Source: Balanoglossus misakiensis (Eukaryota > Animalia > Hemichordata). From it: a DNA stretch of 64,000 nt. The stretch covers positions 7,648,059 through 7,712,058 of the forward strand of contig CM082581.2 of NCBI GenBank assembly GCA_040954595.2. Reading direction: 5' to 3'. How positions within the stretch are numbered: the stretch's first letter is position 1; the number at the start of each line of letters is the position of its first letter. Positions 1-34,256 of this stretch are shown one piece after another. The notes beneath the pieces are model-generated. The model searched no databases, was not told the origin of the DNA, and saw nothing but the letters and a program-made list of their open reading frames with translations. A program made the position numbers and the translations under genes.

Positions 1-169
1 TTCAAATTTTCCCAATTAAATTCATTCGTAAAAGGTCGGCATGTACATGATGCTGAAATACACAGACATCCTGACACGTAAATATTCTATCGTAATACTG
101 GAAAACAACTTTTTTTGCCCGTAGTTACTCTCGGTATATACACTTGCGTATTTACAAACTCGTTCTGCG

Positions 170-21090
<20,921 letters not shown>

Positions 21091-24000
21091 GGTTATCAGT
21101 CTAGCTATACACGTGATCTCTAATAGGAAAATTAAAATGGAGCCCTTCAGTATTTCATGTATTGGCTTGGATTGACTGGAGCATAATGTTTAGCTATAAC
21201 TTGACTAATGACCAATTTCTGGTAATTCACAAACACAATTATCAGGGGAGAATCGGAGATCAACCGAAGACAACTAGAGGAAAACAAAGACTTCTTAATA
21301 ATGGGCTGCTTTGTCTTTTCATCAAAAATACAAATTTTCTCAGTACTGACATTCTTCCCATGCACATATATTTGTGAACGTCTCGTCCAATTCTTCGTTT
21401 CAAACCTTTCAATTCTTTTTGAAAACAGAAGCACAAGAGAGGATGTTCTCCGTCTTGCTTTCATGAAAAATCACTGGTTTCGCGATTGATGTCGCTTTTG
21501 AATATGCATTTGACATTGAACTTTTGTCATCTTTGAAGTGTGTACGTATTATCTGCATCGCATAGCGCAAAGCCTTTCTTTGGCTGATGTTGCCATTTCC
21601 GTTGACGTTTCGTGTTACACAGATGACGTGTGTTCTACCATTATTTTCATTTGTGAATAATCCCACACAAATAATATTTACTCAATAATCAGAGTGCTCA
21701 ATATTTTTGGACAATGACAGTGACGATCATGGATAGAATGGCGCAAACCCGACCGACACTGTATACAACGGCGTCTTATAATTGGCTACGGCGCTCGATC
21801 CGATCGATTGATCATCGATTCTGTTTTAATATATTTACGTAGAACTTATATGGTTTCAATAATATATCATTATTTGGACTGGTTAGTACTTGCTTATCCT
21901 GCTGACTTTTAATTTAACATATTAGGCTCATTATATCTCCATGGCCACATGCCGCTGTGAGGATTTCGTCGAGCACATTTTCTTCGAAGCCAAACATCCC
22001 CGCATTTCATGTAATTAATTTTTAATCTTTTTTTTCAATCATTGGACAATTGATTCACTACTGAAGGTAAATTCTACTGAGCAAATTTTCAATAAATTGG
22101 CATGCATATTTTTAATTGATTATGATTCAATGTTGGGTCATTACCGAAGATGCGCCTACCTTTTGATAACTTATCGTATGTGTACAAAATAAAGGAAAGT
22201 AATTACGACAAAGTATTTCGGGCATCAGCCCGTACGAAAATCATGCGACAGACGATTGCTTGAATTTTGTTTTTATTTCATGATGGTTAATCGTGTGCTT
22301 TTTGTAAATGGCCTCCTTTGGAGTACTTTACATGTATCTTCTGTGTGCGCACGTATTTCCATGGCAACGTAATTTAGTATGATTTTGAAAGGATCAAAAC
22401 ATGTTTCGTGTTGACTCGAACTGCAATCCGTGGCCAGTACGTATAGTTGTGGGAAGGAGGGGGGAGGGGTCAGTTCATGAAAAGCTATGAAAAGACAGAA
22501 CGTGGGCGATGCGGTACTTTCACTGTTGACATTTTCGACGTTCGCTGCTCACAATGGAGATATTATGCAACATGCTGCGTTCTGAACTGGAATTTACGAA
22601 ACGGCTGACCGGCAAAATCTAAAGAGTGCGGGTCGTTGGACATGAATTTTACAGTAGAGGAGAGTAGGGCGAGATTCGTTAGCCGACAAGAAGTATACAT
22701 GTACTATGCTTGCTCTATTATGTATTTACACAGGTTCCATTATATTTGTAACAACAGAAAAAAAGGTATTCATTACTTAACGATCGATCAATCTAGCCTC
22801 GACGGACGCAAGTGGCTTCTATCATGGCGGAAAGCTGTTGTATTGACCACGCTATGGCAACCCGTACACAAACGGAGAATCTGCATTAATGTTTCATGGG
22901 CGGCATTTATTTTACTAATAAGAGTCTGTCAACCGTGGGGGAGGGTGATAAATTCCTATTAATATTAATTTTCACTCGAGCTCCCGTTACACTTTCCCTT
23001 GTCCGTGTCGATCACTGCAAACACCGGTAGTTTCGACATGCGACCTATTTCTCTCTATTGACTTACGCTAAAGCTGGTATCAGGGTTATACTTGTAACAG
23101 GCAGTCTGGACGTCTACATAACAATGCTACCAAGTATTGGTTTTCGTTTTGCGGCCTCGGTGAAGGTGGCATTGTTATACGTTTGTCGCTGGAGAATGGT
23201 CAGGTAAAACAGGCTACTGTACTTACGTGAATCTCCGCATTGTGAAAGAAAAGCGTCTTACACAGCACGATTACAGCGTTGGTGTTGGTGCGACCGCGAT
23301 AGAAATTACGTTCACTTACCTTCTTAAGACGTCTGGGACATATCACTGTTTTAAGCTTAAGTTGTTTCTATATCAAAACAGTTGAATGACAGGGCTTTAT
23401 CATACACGCAGAGATATCCCTGGTCTGGACAGTGCAAAAACGCCTATGTCACCTCGTCTAATAATATTGTCCGTCGAAGTGCTGTAAGTAAAGCCACGTT
23501 CGGATCAATGCATTGACACACAAACTACCAACAACGCTTTCTATTCTTTACGCACAGAACAGTTCAAAAGGTGAGGGTTTGCATGCATTGTACGACTGCG
23601 CAGTATATCCCTCTCTCTTCCAGTAGTCTCCAAGTCTCGTGCTCCCAATTTATGTGTATTTTACCGCGTGCTTATATATCGTGCCTGTCCTTCACGTTGG
23701 CCATTTTATCACATTTTTTTCGCATCATGGGCATGTGTTTGAAAAGAAAAACACGAACACACCAAAGCAAGCCGAATTTATTTCGAATCATTAACTTTCC
23801 ATTGAAGAAAAAAAAATACAATTCGATTTTCCCTTTTGTTGTAGGATCTAATGTTTAATAGAGACATTTCGAATGTTATAACAGGTGTCATATTTGAAAA
23901 AAAAACATTGACTCTTTTTGGAGAGGGGGGGGGGTATTTTATGCGAATTCGTGTCCGTGTGTCATATTGAACACCTATTTCCCGAGGCCGTAGGCCGTGG

Positions 24001-26695
24001 TAATATCACAGCCATTGAAATTTTGTTTTCTCGACACAAGGAAATGCGTATGTCGTCCTTGACTGCTGACCACGTGACTGTGCCCATGGTTACCATGATT
24101 TGTCATGTAGAATTTCTATGATATGTTTGACAAAAAATTTTGAAAATCATATCAAATCTCCCAACAGAATGCTGATTGCTATGCATATTACCAGACGAGC
24201 GGATAATTAAGGGATTGTGTTGAAGTTTAATAGCCGCAAATTCAAACTGGTTTCATGTTTGATCTGGATGAGGGCATTGCCAGCTTTCGATATTAAGATT
24301 GAAAATGTTGGAGGCAACTGGCGGGCGAGAATTTGCTACTGTACGTACGTACGTGCGTGAAACGAGTCTTTAAAAATATCTCGAAGGCCTTACTAGTAAT
24401 TTGCACTGAGATAACGACCGCGATTGTAAGTTTTCTTGGAATACAGTGTATATAACATGTTTGCTTAGCAACAAGATGGAAGTAGACTTTGAAAGACATC
24501 TCGTCACTAATAATCACGATTGTGCTAAAAATAAGTCCACAAGAAGACAAGGGCTTCATTACTTCGTAAATGCTCTAAATCCAAGGAAATAATCACGCAG
24601 GGAGAATAATTTGTTTGATTCAGAAATATATGTAACAGATCATGTGTTGATCGAGTGGACAATTATGTCTTAAGATGAAACGAAGAAAACTGACTATTTC
24701 GTGAATATGTTAACCCTTCTCTTCCACAATCACAATCACAATCATCATCATCATCATCATCATCATCCCACCACCAAAACTGTTTACTTTGTGAACAATC
24801 ATTTGACAATGTCTGACGCAACCAAGTACCCATAGACATACAGTAAGCCGCTAGAAAACATCCATGCATACTGCAAATGGCGCCCTCTAAAGGAAGAAAA
24901 GTAATAATGCGTCAGTCAGATAGGAATACTGACCATGTGGTGGCGCAACTTTCATAAAATGAATATAAGGAACCACACAAAACTGTTGCACATGGCTGCC
25001 AATTTTAATGAACACCTGGAGAGGGATGCACAACGCTGGAATGATGTCACGAGGGGTACAAATCATACAAAATGACAATCTTCAGCAACAGAAAATATTG
25101 TATCAGAAATTTCCATCCCAACGCTAAAATACGGTGAACTTTTGTTCTTGTTTTGAACTGCCATTTTTTCCTACATAAAAGCAACTCTTTCTCAAAAACA
25201 AGTACTAGTAGTTGTCATGGTAGTTTAACTAAAAAAGAGACAAATAAAATCACAAGTGACTTGAGGTGGGTAAATGCAATTTTTTTCTGCCCAGTTTTCC
25301 GTAAAATGTAACTGACAAACATTCAAAGAGTCACAGGGAATGGACTAATTCGTCCTGTATTTCCCTGGCTTTGATGCTCTCTTGACAGACTTAAATTTGT
25401 GAAACGTATTTTGGGGGAAAAGTGCATACTAAATACACATGTGTACCCCATGTTGACATACATTGCACATTTTTCACATTAATATCATCATATACCACGT
25501 ATGATAGAAGAATGTATGAGTAATGGGGGAAGTCAAAAAGGTGGAGAGTTATTTAATGGAATGCCCCTGTTTAGTTACTAAATTTATTCCTGTTTAACAT
25601 CAGCAACTATGTATTGACAAAGAACTCCTTGCCAAACTTTTTGGTTTACGTCAATATCAAATAACTATTTCCGTAAGTTTTTATCCAATCATTCAAAATA
25701 TAGGCCCTGGAAAATTATCTTTTCTTCACAATGATAAGAACCTGTTGATCAACAAACTTTAGCACCAAAATTATGACACAGTCCCTGAAGTTAAGGCCTT
25801 CACTGGTTTGAGGTCGAATGAACAAATATAAAAATGCACCTGATATACAATGCTGGTGCTTCTTTAATCCAAGGTTTTTAACGATGCTAAAAAACTGTCA
25901 CGTCATTATCAACTCATGCCACCCCACCCCCCCCCCCACCATGGTTTTGTCCAAATCCAGTGTTTTCTATGGGACTTCTAAAGACGGAAACAGGGGTGAA
26001 AGGTTAACATACATATGTTGTAGAGTTTTTACAAAACATCACAAAATCAAGGCTGTTTTAATGTATGATATTCAAGTCAGTTTGTTCGGACTATATAATA
26101 TATATATATAATACTTTTACCTTTTTAAGTAGAATACTTAGACATTTGAGGGAAAAAATAAGAGACAGTAAACATACATGCAAAAAAAAGTGGAAAGGAC
26201 TATGTCCCCATTTTAGTTGAAGTGGGCTGACCCTCCATGCAAACCAGTCGGAATGTTCCAAAATACAAGAAATAAGGGGGTGGACAAGTTCTTTAAAATC
26301 TTCAGTCGGAGGAGTTGGGGCAGAGCTGTCTGGACAGACCACAACCACTCTAGTTGCTCTGTGACACACAAGGTTCACACACTGAAAGTCACTCAAAGTT
26401 TCCATGATTTTTCATCTCTTCTTCTAAAAACTATGCCAGTTTTCAGTGATTGTGCTTGCATGCTTAGGCAGTTTCACCAGAACAATCTAAGGTTATTGAC
26501 ATTACCAGCAAACATGTAGCTTCTATCAATTTTCCAAGACTTTCGAAGAGTCAATTACACCTCACCAAGACTTTTCAATGCAATGAGATATTTAAAATTC
26601 CAGGACTTTCAAGACTTTCTGAAAGTATGTGAACCCTGTTCGCGTCACTCCGAGCCAAGTTCATCTTTGTTGGGTCTCTGTATTGCACATGTTGG

Positions 26696-29600
26696 TCACT
26701 TTTGGGAAGGCGGTTGCGGTTTGTCTCCGACTCCTTGTGCCAGTTCGTACACTTTGACACTCACTTCATGGGCAAGCATATCAGTGTTCTCCTGCAAAAA
26801 AAATACAGAAAAAAACATCATGAGATAGTCTGCTCTGTATGATTAACACACTGAACAGTGGGAACAATGCTGATATGTGTTTGTATACAATAAAACCCTC
26901 ATTTCAGTTGACAAAAAAAAAACTTGAATACTGAAAGCTGAACAGTTTTACCTACCTGTGTGTCAGCTTCTGCGTACACTCTGACAACATCTTCAGTACC
27001 AGAGGGCCTGAGAGAAACAAAATTACATCATATTTGAAACTCTCAGATATTTCATCCTTACATGGTGAGTGATGATTAGGCAACCGTGAAAATGCACATT
27101 TAAGGAGCATTTATGACTTGACTGGTGTCGCCTTGGCAACTATGAAAATACTATAAGGTTATAACGAAAATGTCAGCAGTACATTTCTCTGCATGAAGTC
27201 ATTTGAGGTTCGCTTAGTGGCTTTGTCTCATCATTGGGGAAGTTCATTCCATTGGCGAAAAGGGGATAGACAGACTGTCTCACTGCATGTGCTGTTACCT
27301 GACAAAAGATCGGGCCTTGTTGTACTTCTTCACCAACTCGTCGATGGCGCCCTGCAGTCCAGGCGGGGACGTGGTGCGTCTCTCTGAATCGGTGGTCTGT
27401 ATGACGGTTCGATCTTTCACCTGAAGCAGATGCAATAAAAAAAAGTTGGGGAAGAAAATGTAGATGACTGCATGTCTTTGGAAAGGTATGCTTTGTGTGA
27501 ATCAGGCATGAACTCACAAGCCAGTACAAACTTGCTATCCCTCTGGATCAGAAAAAATTAATTAAACTGTCAAAAAGTTACCTTGACTTTGAGCTGTCTG
27601 TTTGGCAAGTCAGTATAGGCAGCGTTCCAATCACTGACGTCCCACTGACGAGCTCGCAAGATGGTCTCCACCAGCAACATGTCAGAAAGAGCATCGCCAA
27701 CTGTCTGTAGATATCAAAGAGAGAGGTACATTTGTACGACAGTTATCCCAATAAAAGATGCACAGCAATGACAAGATGAAGTGCGACACTTTGGTGTCTG
27801 GTTTAGACAGGTTTAAGATTTTGTCTCCATTACAAGTGCTTTCATTTCCTGCAGCAGAACAGCTACTTCCTGGCGGCCATTTTGACAGGTGCATTATGGG
27901 ACACGCTCTGAGCGATTACCTGGTTGGTGAGGTCCAGCAAACTGGTCAGATTCTCAGCAGCTAGTCTCTTTTCTGATGATAAACTGTAGGAAAAGAAGAA
28001 TTTTTACCACATCAGTCACTGTCTCATAAGATTGTCAACAGAACACAACACATGAGGAGATTCTATAATACGACAGTAATTTTGAATGGCAACAATTACT
28101 GCTTCATACATGTACATCTTAAAATGATTTCACCACTAGCAGTGTAAAACTGAACTCCACAAACCGAATTGACTGTATCTTATATCTTATCTACCTTTGA
28201 TCCTGGGCAGATGCTCTGATTTTCTCTTCTGCATCTTTGCTATAAAGTACCTGAAAGTACAAATACATTTATTTTGAATATGATTTTAAAAATGCTCTGA
28301 AAATGAAAATTATTCCATACATTGCCACAACTCACCCACTGTACTAAAAATGAGGGTTTGTGTCACTCAAAGAGTTTTACAATTGGAGCATTTAGTGGAC
28401 TGAAAACAAACACACATTTGTCAACAACAATAGCCAGAGAGATGAAAAGATTGACTCACTGTTCCATGGCCGTTTGCTTCGAAGTAAACACCGATATCAA
28501 ACTCTTCTGCCTTTTGATGTAAATATTTCACTCCAGTTCGTGCACAGGCCACAGGGACTTTCTGAAAATTGTAACATTTTCTTTCTTAGAGTAAACAGTG
28601 CAAGTTTAGCATATACACCATAATGCAACATATTGCTGCATTTGATGGGTACCAACAGGGAAAAAGTCATTCGCTTTGACCAGACATGTTCACTTATATT
28701 TCATATGAAAAATTTACTGAAACATGTTACGCAGTTGGATTATGCGCTAAACAACTGAATATTTAATAAATTTCGTTCAAAAGCTACATGTACGAGATTT
28801 CTCATTCACAGAAAGATAATAACAGTAACCTTTGAAAACTGCAAAATTCTTCTCATCCGAATGTACAAGCCTGCTTCCCATTTCAAACCCTTTATCAATT
28901 AAATATTTCTCTGCTGTTTTTCAGTGGGGTCAAGGGATAAATAAGCAGACTATTTGAAAACCAATTGTGGTTTTGAACAGCTAAAAACTGCTCTTTTTGA
29001 AAACAACAATTGCTGTTTCAAAAACCAGTAATGATAATAGCCAATATGGCACTGACAAGATGGAATACACCGTGCCAGACAGAGTGGTTTATTTTAAATT
29101 ACAGAACTTTTTTATCGACAACCATATGTTTTGTATGAAATTGTAATTTTTCTATAATTATGAAGCATATACCCACACGAACCTCACACGCTACCTTAGT
29201 CTTTGCAATATTAGTTTGATTGTGAGATGCGGTAAAGTACTAACCATTTCATCTTCTAAGTAGCGAGTGGAACTCCCATTGGCATACGCGGTTTGCACAA
29301 CACCTAAGTTGAGACTCAGGCCAATGACAGAAACCAAGTCCTTTATGAATGATGCTATCTGTGTGAAGATCAAATATTGAGCCAATTAATGCAGTTTTTC
29401 TCTCATTTGTCAGACAGCCAGACAAGCCATATTGCTAAACCCATGGATGATGAAATAGCCTTTATCCATCATCTCTTAATGTCGTAATATGCCCGTACGG
29501 CGCGGCAGATTGATATGAAAATGCCAAACATTCACGTTTCTGATATTTTCCGCGATAGACCTGGCTATGAGGGCACCTACCAATGTGGCAATCTTATCGC

Positions 29601-32600
29601 CATCAAGCAGTTGGAATTTTCCGTTTTCCTCTTTGTAGAAATATACAATTCTGTCAGCGTCTCCGTCATATGAAACGCACTTAGCACCAGAGTCGGGGGA
29701 CAAACCTGCACATGGACAAAAGTTGTCAGATTTCTGGTAATGAAAGTACCCACTGTGTAAAATTATTGATAGACTGAGACAGGTGTATGTTTCTGTGGCC
29801 ACACCTTTCCAGTGACACATATCACAAAGAACTTGATGACGGCTGGCATTTTTGAAACAATGTTCTGGATGTTGATTGACAATATACTATACATACCTGT
29901 TGGCGGTTTCTGATGTAATTTTACAAAATCAGCACCACACTGAAAAAAATAACAATTTTTTTAAATACAAAATCTGCCTATGTGATACATGTGGAAGTAC
30001 CCATTGTTCCTTAATAAAATGAGCAACTCAGGCATTTTTTTCAGGAAAGGCAAAAAAAAACCTCAGCAGGTATTTCTTCAGATTACGGTGGAAATGTCTG
30101 AACTTTTGTTTTAATATTGGGCATTCCAAAGACAGCTTTGACCAAACAGTTAAACACAAGCTGAAAAATAGTCACGCACCAACTTCAACTGTGTAAAAGT
30201 GGACATAGACCAAATCAAACCTCCAGAGAAGATTTACAAGCCATGGTCAGTCAAGTTCTCGAGAGATACATATTGCACAAATGGCAAACAATTAAAGCTA
30301 CTCACATTTTCATTAAGTTTCCCAATGGAGCCGTCATTACACACATTAATGGTCAACGTATCACCGAGATGTTTCATCAACTGTTGTACTTTCAGAGCTC
30401 CAACCCCATTGGCCCCGTCGAGGAAAATCTCGTTTTTGTACCCTCCTTCACCAGTGGGAATCTGCATTTGTTGAAAACAAAAACAGCAAAAATAGTCACT
30501 AACTCTGAGTATGACATATCTGTATAAAATAACCCAAACATGCACAAGAATTAAGAAATTCACCAATAATTTCAAATTACTTAAAGTCTGTCAAAAATGG
30601 TTCTCTTGTTTCGGTTTGATGACAGATAAATGTTACACTCCACCTTTTCTCTGAGTTGCAGAAAAGCCTTGGATAGCTTCTTGTAGTAGCCGTCCTCCAA
30701 TGGCTCTCCGTACTGACCACCTGTGTTGTGGCATCTCACCATGTAGTGTAACTGAGGAGTGGTGAGGAGACCTTGAAATGATGGTTAGAAATGGGAATAA
30801 GGTGAGCGTACAGTACACGCGAGTGCAATCTGTTCTCTCGGTCTTGGCTGTTCTGTTCTCTGCCATTTTTTTCATCACTCATGAAATAAGCCCCTCTATA
30901 CTGAATTTCAAAACTGTGTAAACAATTATCTCTGGTCTGTTAGGACCAACAATGGATATAATACACTGCCAGATAAACAGCCTATCGGATAAGCTCCACG
31001 TTGCAGACAGTGGAGCTAAAAATAAAATTCATTATGTTTTACTACAGAGTTGCATGGTAGATTTCCTTTATAATATGCTTTTTCTGGCATACTACCAGTA
31101 AATGTACTGATGTATATTTATTTCAGGGCTTGTGAAAAGTTTCGTGCCACCTCCAGAACAGTCTCAGTACTCTATTTCCGGGGGAGGTTTAAGCGATGGG
31201 CTTTAAGCAGTTTGAAAAGGCAGGCAACTGACCAACATATAACCCCCAGTTCCCGCTACAGTGGTCCAACCTTACCATAGAAAACAATGGGTTTGGACTG
31301 AACCATGGCGGTGAAAGGGTTGAACTAGCACTCACCAAAGTCTTTGTACTCTGCTCCCATGGCAACCACGCCATCAACCAAGGACTGGGATAGGCTGCAA
31401 CTACTGGGTCTAGAAAGTAAACAGAAAGTAAAATGTTCACTTCTACTTGGCAATTGTCTGGTTCAATTCGATTCACCATAAACAGTGATATGTACATCAT
31501 TGCCTTCATTGCTCTTATACATTCATGAATTTGGGAACTCATTGGTCAATGTCTCACAAAATAATATCCTATATGTTTGTGAGAGTTTACAACATACATT
31601 TCTATGTCTACGGGGTGGAAGTCAGATACTGACAGACAGACAGACATACAGACAGAGAGAGACACATAAAAGTACAGATTCTGTGTTTGTACAAGTGCCA
31701 AAGCAGATCATCAACAGGTATCAGATTTATGCAGAGATGGATCCGCGCAATCAACCATCCATCCCGGAACAAACAAATATTTCCACTGACTGGCATTTCA
31801 AAGAGAAATAGCAGATGTTTCTCTGTGAATATTTCCTCCGGCATGTTGTTAAAATATGTCTTCAGCTTGACCTGTGCTGACCTTACCCACTTACCGTGTA
31901 TCTCGTCCGGTAAATATGTTCGCAGGCTGGGCAGTGTCAATCTTCTCTTCGTCAATGATTTTGCGTATGGCGTCGCTCACCTCTTCGTCTCTGGAATTTT
32001 CAATCAACATCAGACTTTGTAAAATATTGAGAAAAATAGATTTTGGAACTTGATGAAAATAAAAGGTTTTGGACAGACACAAGCATGAAGACTCCTCCCA
32101 AAGGTCTCTTAGATCAAATCAATGGTGGAGATGATATAAACCTATGCACACTAACTTGACATTGACGATGTACGACACATGCTGCTCCCAGGACATCTGC
32201 AACATTTCACCCATGGGATCGATCAATTTCACACCGTTGTCACATTCCGGGTTGTGTGATGCAGTGATCATCACTCCCACGGCCGCTGAGTATGCAAAAA
32301 AAAGATGATGTTCAAGATTAACAATAAGAACAGAGAGAAGTTGGTATGTTGCTCTGCATGCCTGAAGGAAGATAATTAGAAGACCTCCTGATGTATGTAT
32401 GTATGTGACTCGAGAATTACCTTTCTTTGCCTTCGACCGGAGAACAGCCACCAATCCCGAACGGTAAACCACGTGGTCCAATGTATCAGCTCTGAGTGTA
32501 AACATAATGGAATACCAGATTAATGAAAGTTATTGCAGAGTTAATGTTTGCTTTGATAACTCTATCTAGTCATACATTGTCACTGAGTAATTTAATTTCC

Positions 32601-33716
32601 AAAGGGACTGAATTTAAACTCAAGACCAAAGCCAAGACTGGCAGTGTGAATTCGAATCGTTCCATTTTTTTTCTGACAATAGCAGTTTTATATTTTGATT
32701 TGAATCCTTGAACTGTTAATGCACAAAAAGGGTGACCAATTATTTTTCCTTTTATTAAATTACTGGAAACAGGCTACATTTTGCTTTAAATCAATGAAAA
32801 TTCAATCACACTTTTAAGATTGAAAAAGACGGCCTATTCAAACTGGTTATGTGGGAGAATTTTGAATTTCATTTGCAGGTTAATTAGGGGGTAAGGACTA
32901 ACCCCAACGTTTCTGAATACATGTTCTCTGATTGATTGAGCCATTTATAAACAGTATGATTGACAATGTCTTCAATATACATGTAAGTGATTAAACATAC
33001 ACGCAAAGACATCGAGAGATTGGATTCGGATGTGTTACATGATGATCGAAAACGATGCGCATTATATAGCTGTTGCCTAGCAACTGCAATTTGGAGGATT
33101 CAGAATTTCGCATATGTTATTTAGGATGTATTTTCTGAAAATTGGAGTACAATTAATATTTTTTTAAAACTTGATGTGGTTCACTTTGTATCATAATTTC
33201 TCCGTCCCTCCTTTAAAGACAGTGTTTTACATTTAAACGAAGAATATCCCCGTATTAAAATTGGAATATTATTCCAACCACATCATCACATGATGTCGCG
33301 TTCAGGGCACGCAGGATGCGGTGCTATTTCAATCGATACCCGGCAAGAGTAAAATGTACCCTGGAGTTAAGATGGATAACACCAGCAGAAATAACGCTCT
33401 GCGAAATGCCATGATATAATAAGACCCACTGTTGGTAAAAAATTGTAGAAATCGGTACACGAAAATAATCATCCCCGGAAGTAAACTGAGCTTCGATTCC
33501 CTTCTCACGACGTTTGACAAGGGGAGTCATCATCACGAAGAGGATGTTCAGGGTTTTCAGATATTCAGGACGGTGTCAAACATGTACGTCTCGTTTGATT
33601 TGGAATTCATACCTTGCTCGGAACCCCGATGTACCGTATGCAAACACTTTATCATCTTTTCTTGGGTGTTTTGCGGTGCCCCTGCGGGCTTGGGTTGGAG
33701 ACCATTCATTTGCCAT
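26696..33716 (-). CDS. PGM3: Phosphoacetylglucosamine mutase (phosphoglucomutase 3)
   Basis: 17 exons: 33716-33613, 32491-32421, 32285-32156, 31990-31895, 31409-31336, 30771-30644, 30461-30306, 29939-29897, 29705-29581, 29358-29245, 28561-28460, 28250-28195, 27983-27920, 27704-27582, 27420-27299, 27007-26956, 26791-26696. Motifs YGTSGFR, catalytic ITASHNP, TTPQLH, DGANGVG, metal loop [22 protein letters not shown], phosphate loop [18 protein letters not shown]. Confidence 0.97.
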
Positions 33717-34256
33717 CTCGCGTGTGTGTACAGATGATGTGCCACATTGCTCTTCACTCCCTAGGTAAATGACAATGAATAAACGGGATTACCACCACGC
33801 CATAATGAGTTGAAAAAATGCGTCATCACGTGTGAATAAATGTGGAATAAAAGTTTAAATCCTTATAATATAGCATTTAAAGTCATCTGTGTGATGTTGG
33901 GTATAACTTGAATACTTAAGGGTCGACAGACCTATTGCACTTTGAAGCGTCCATACATTGTCGATTTCACCTATTTTCCAATAGTCTCTTAGGGAACCCT
34001 ATATGAAATGGACATGCGTATAAAGCCGTGCGCTGTCACGGTACACCGGAGGCAGACAGAGAGCGGCACGGAAGAAGTTGGCGAAGTTCGATCCCGTGAT
34101 ATTTCACAGAGAAAACTGGGTTCTCTTCGCGATCGGCAACCCTGATGAAGTAACCAGGCTACTGAAGTACCTTGCTTCCATGATAGATCATATGGACGTG
34201 CACTGGGTTGCCAGGTATCATATATACTCCATCGTCGCGTTCACTGCTAACATGAA
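33717..34256. promoter_or_regulatory. Putative bidirectional promoter and 5' UTRs of PGM3 and MGAT2
   Basis: Divergent ATGs at 33716 (-) and 34257 (+). The interval contains TGCGTCATCACGTG at 33819-33832 (CRE/AP-1-like site abutting an E-box). Confidence 0.7.
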
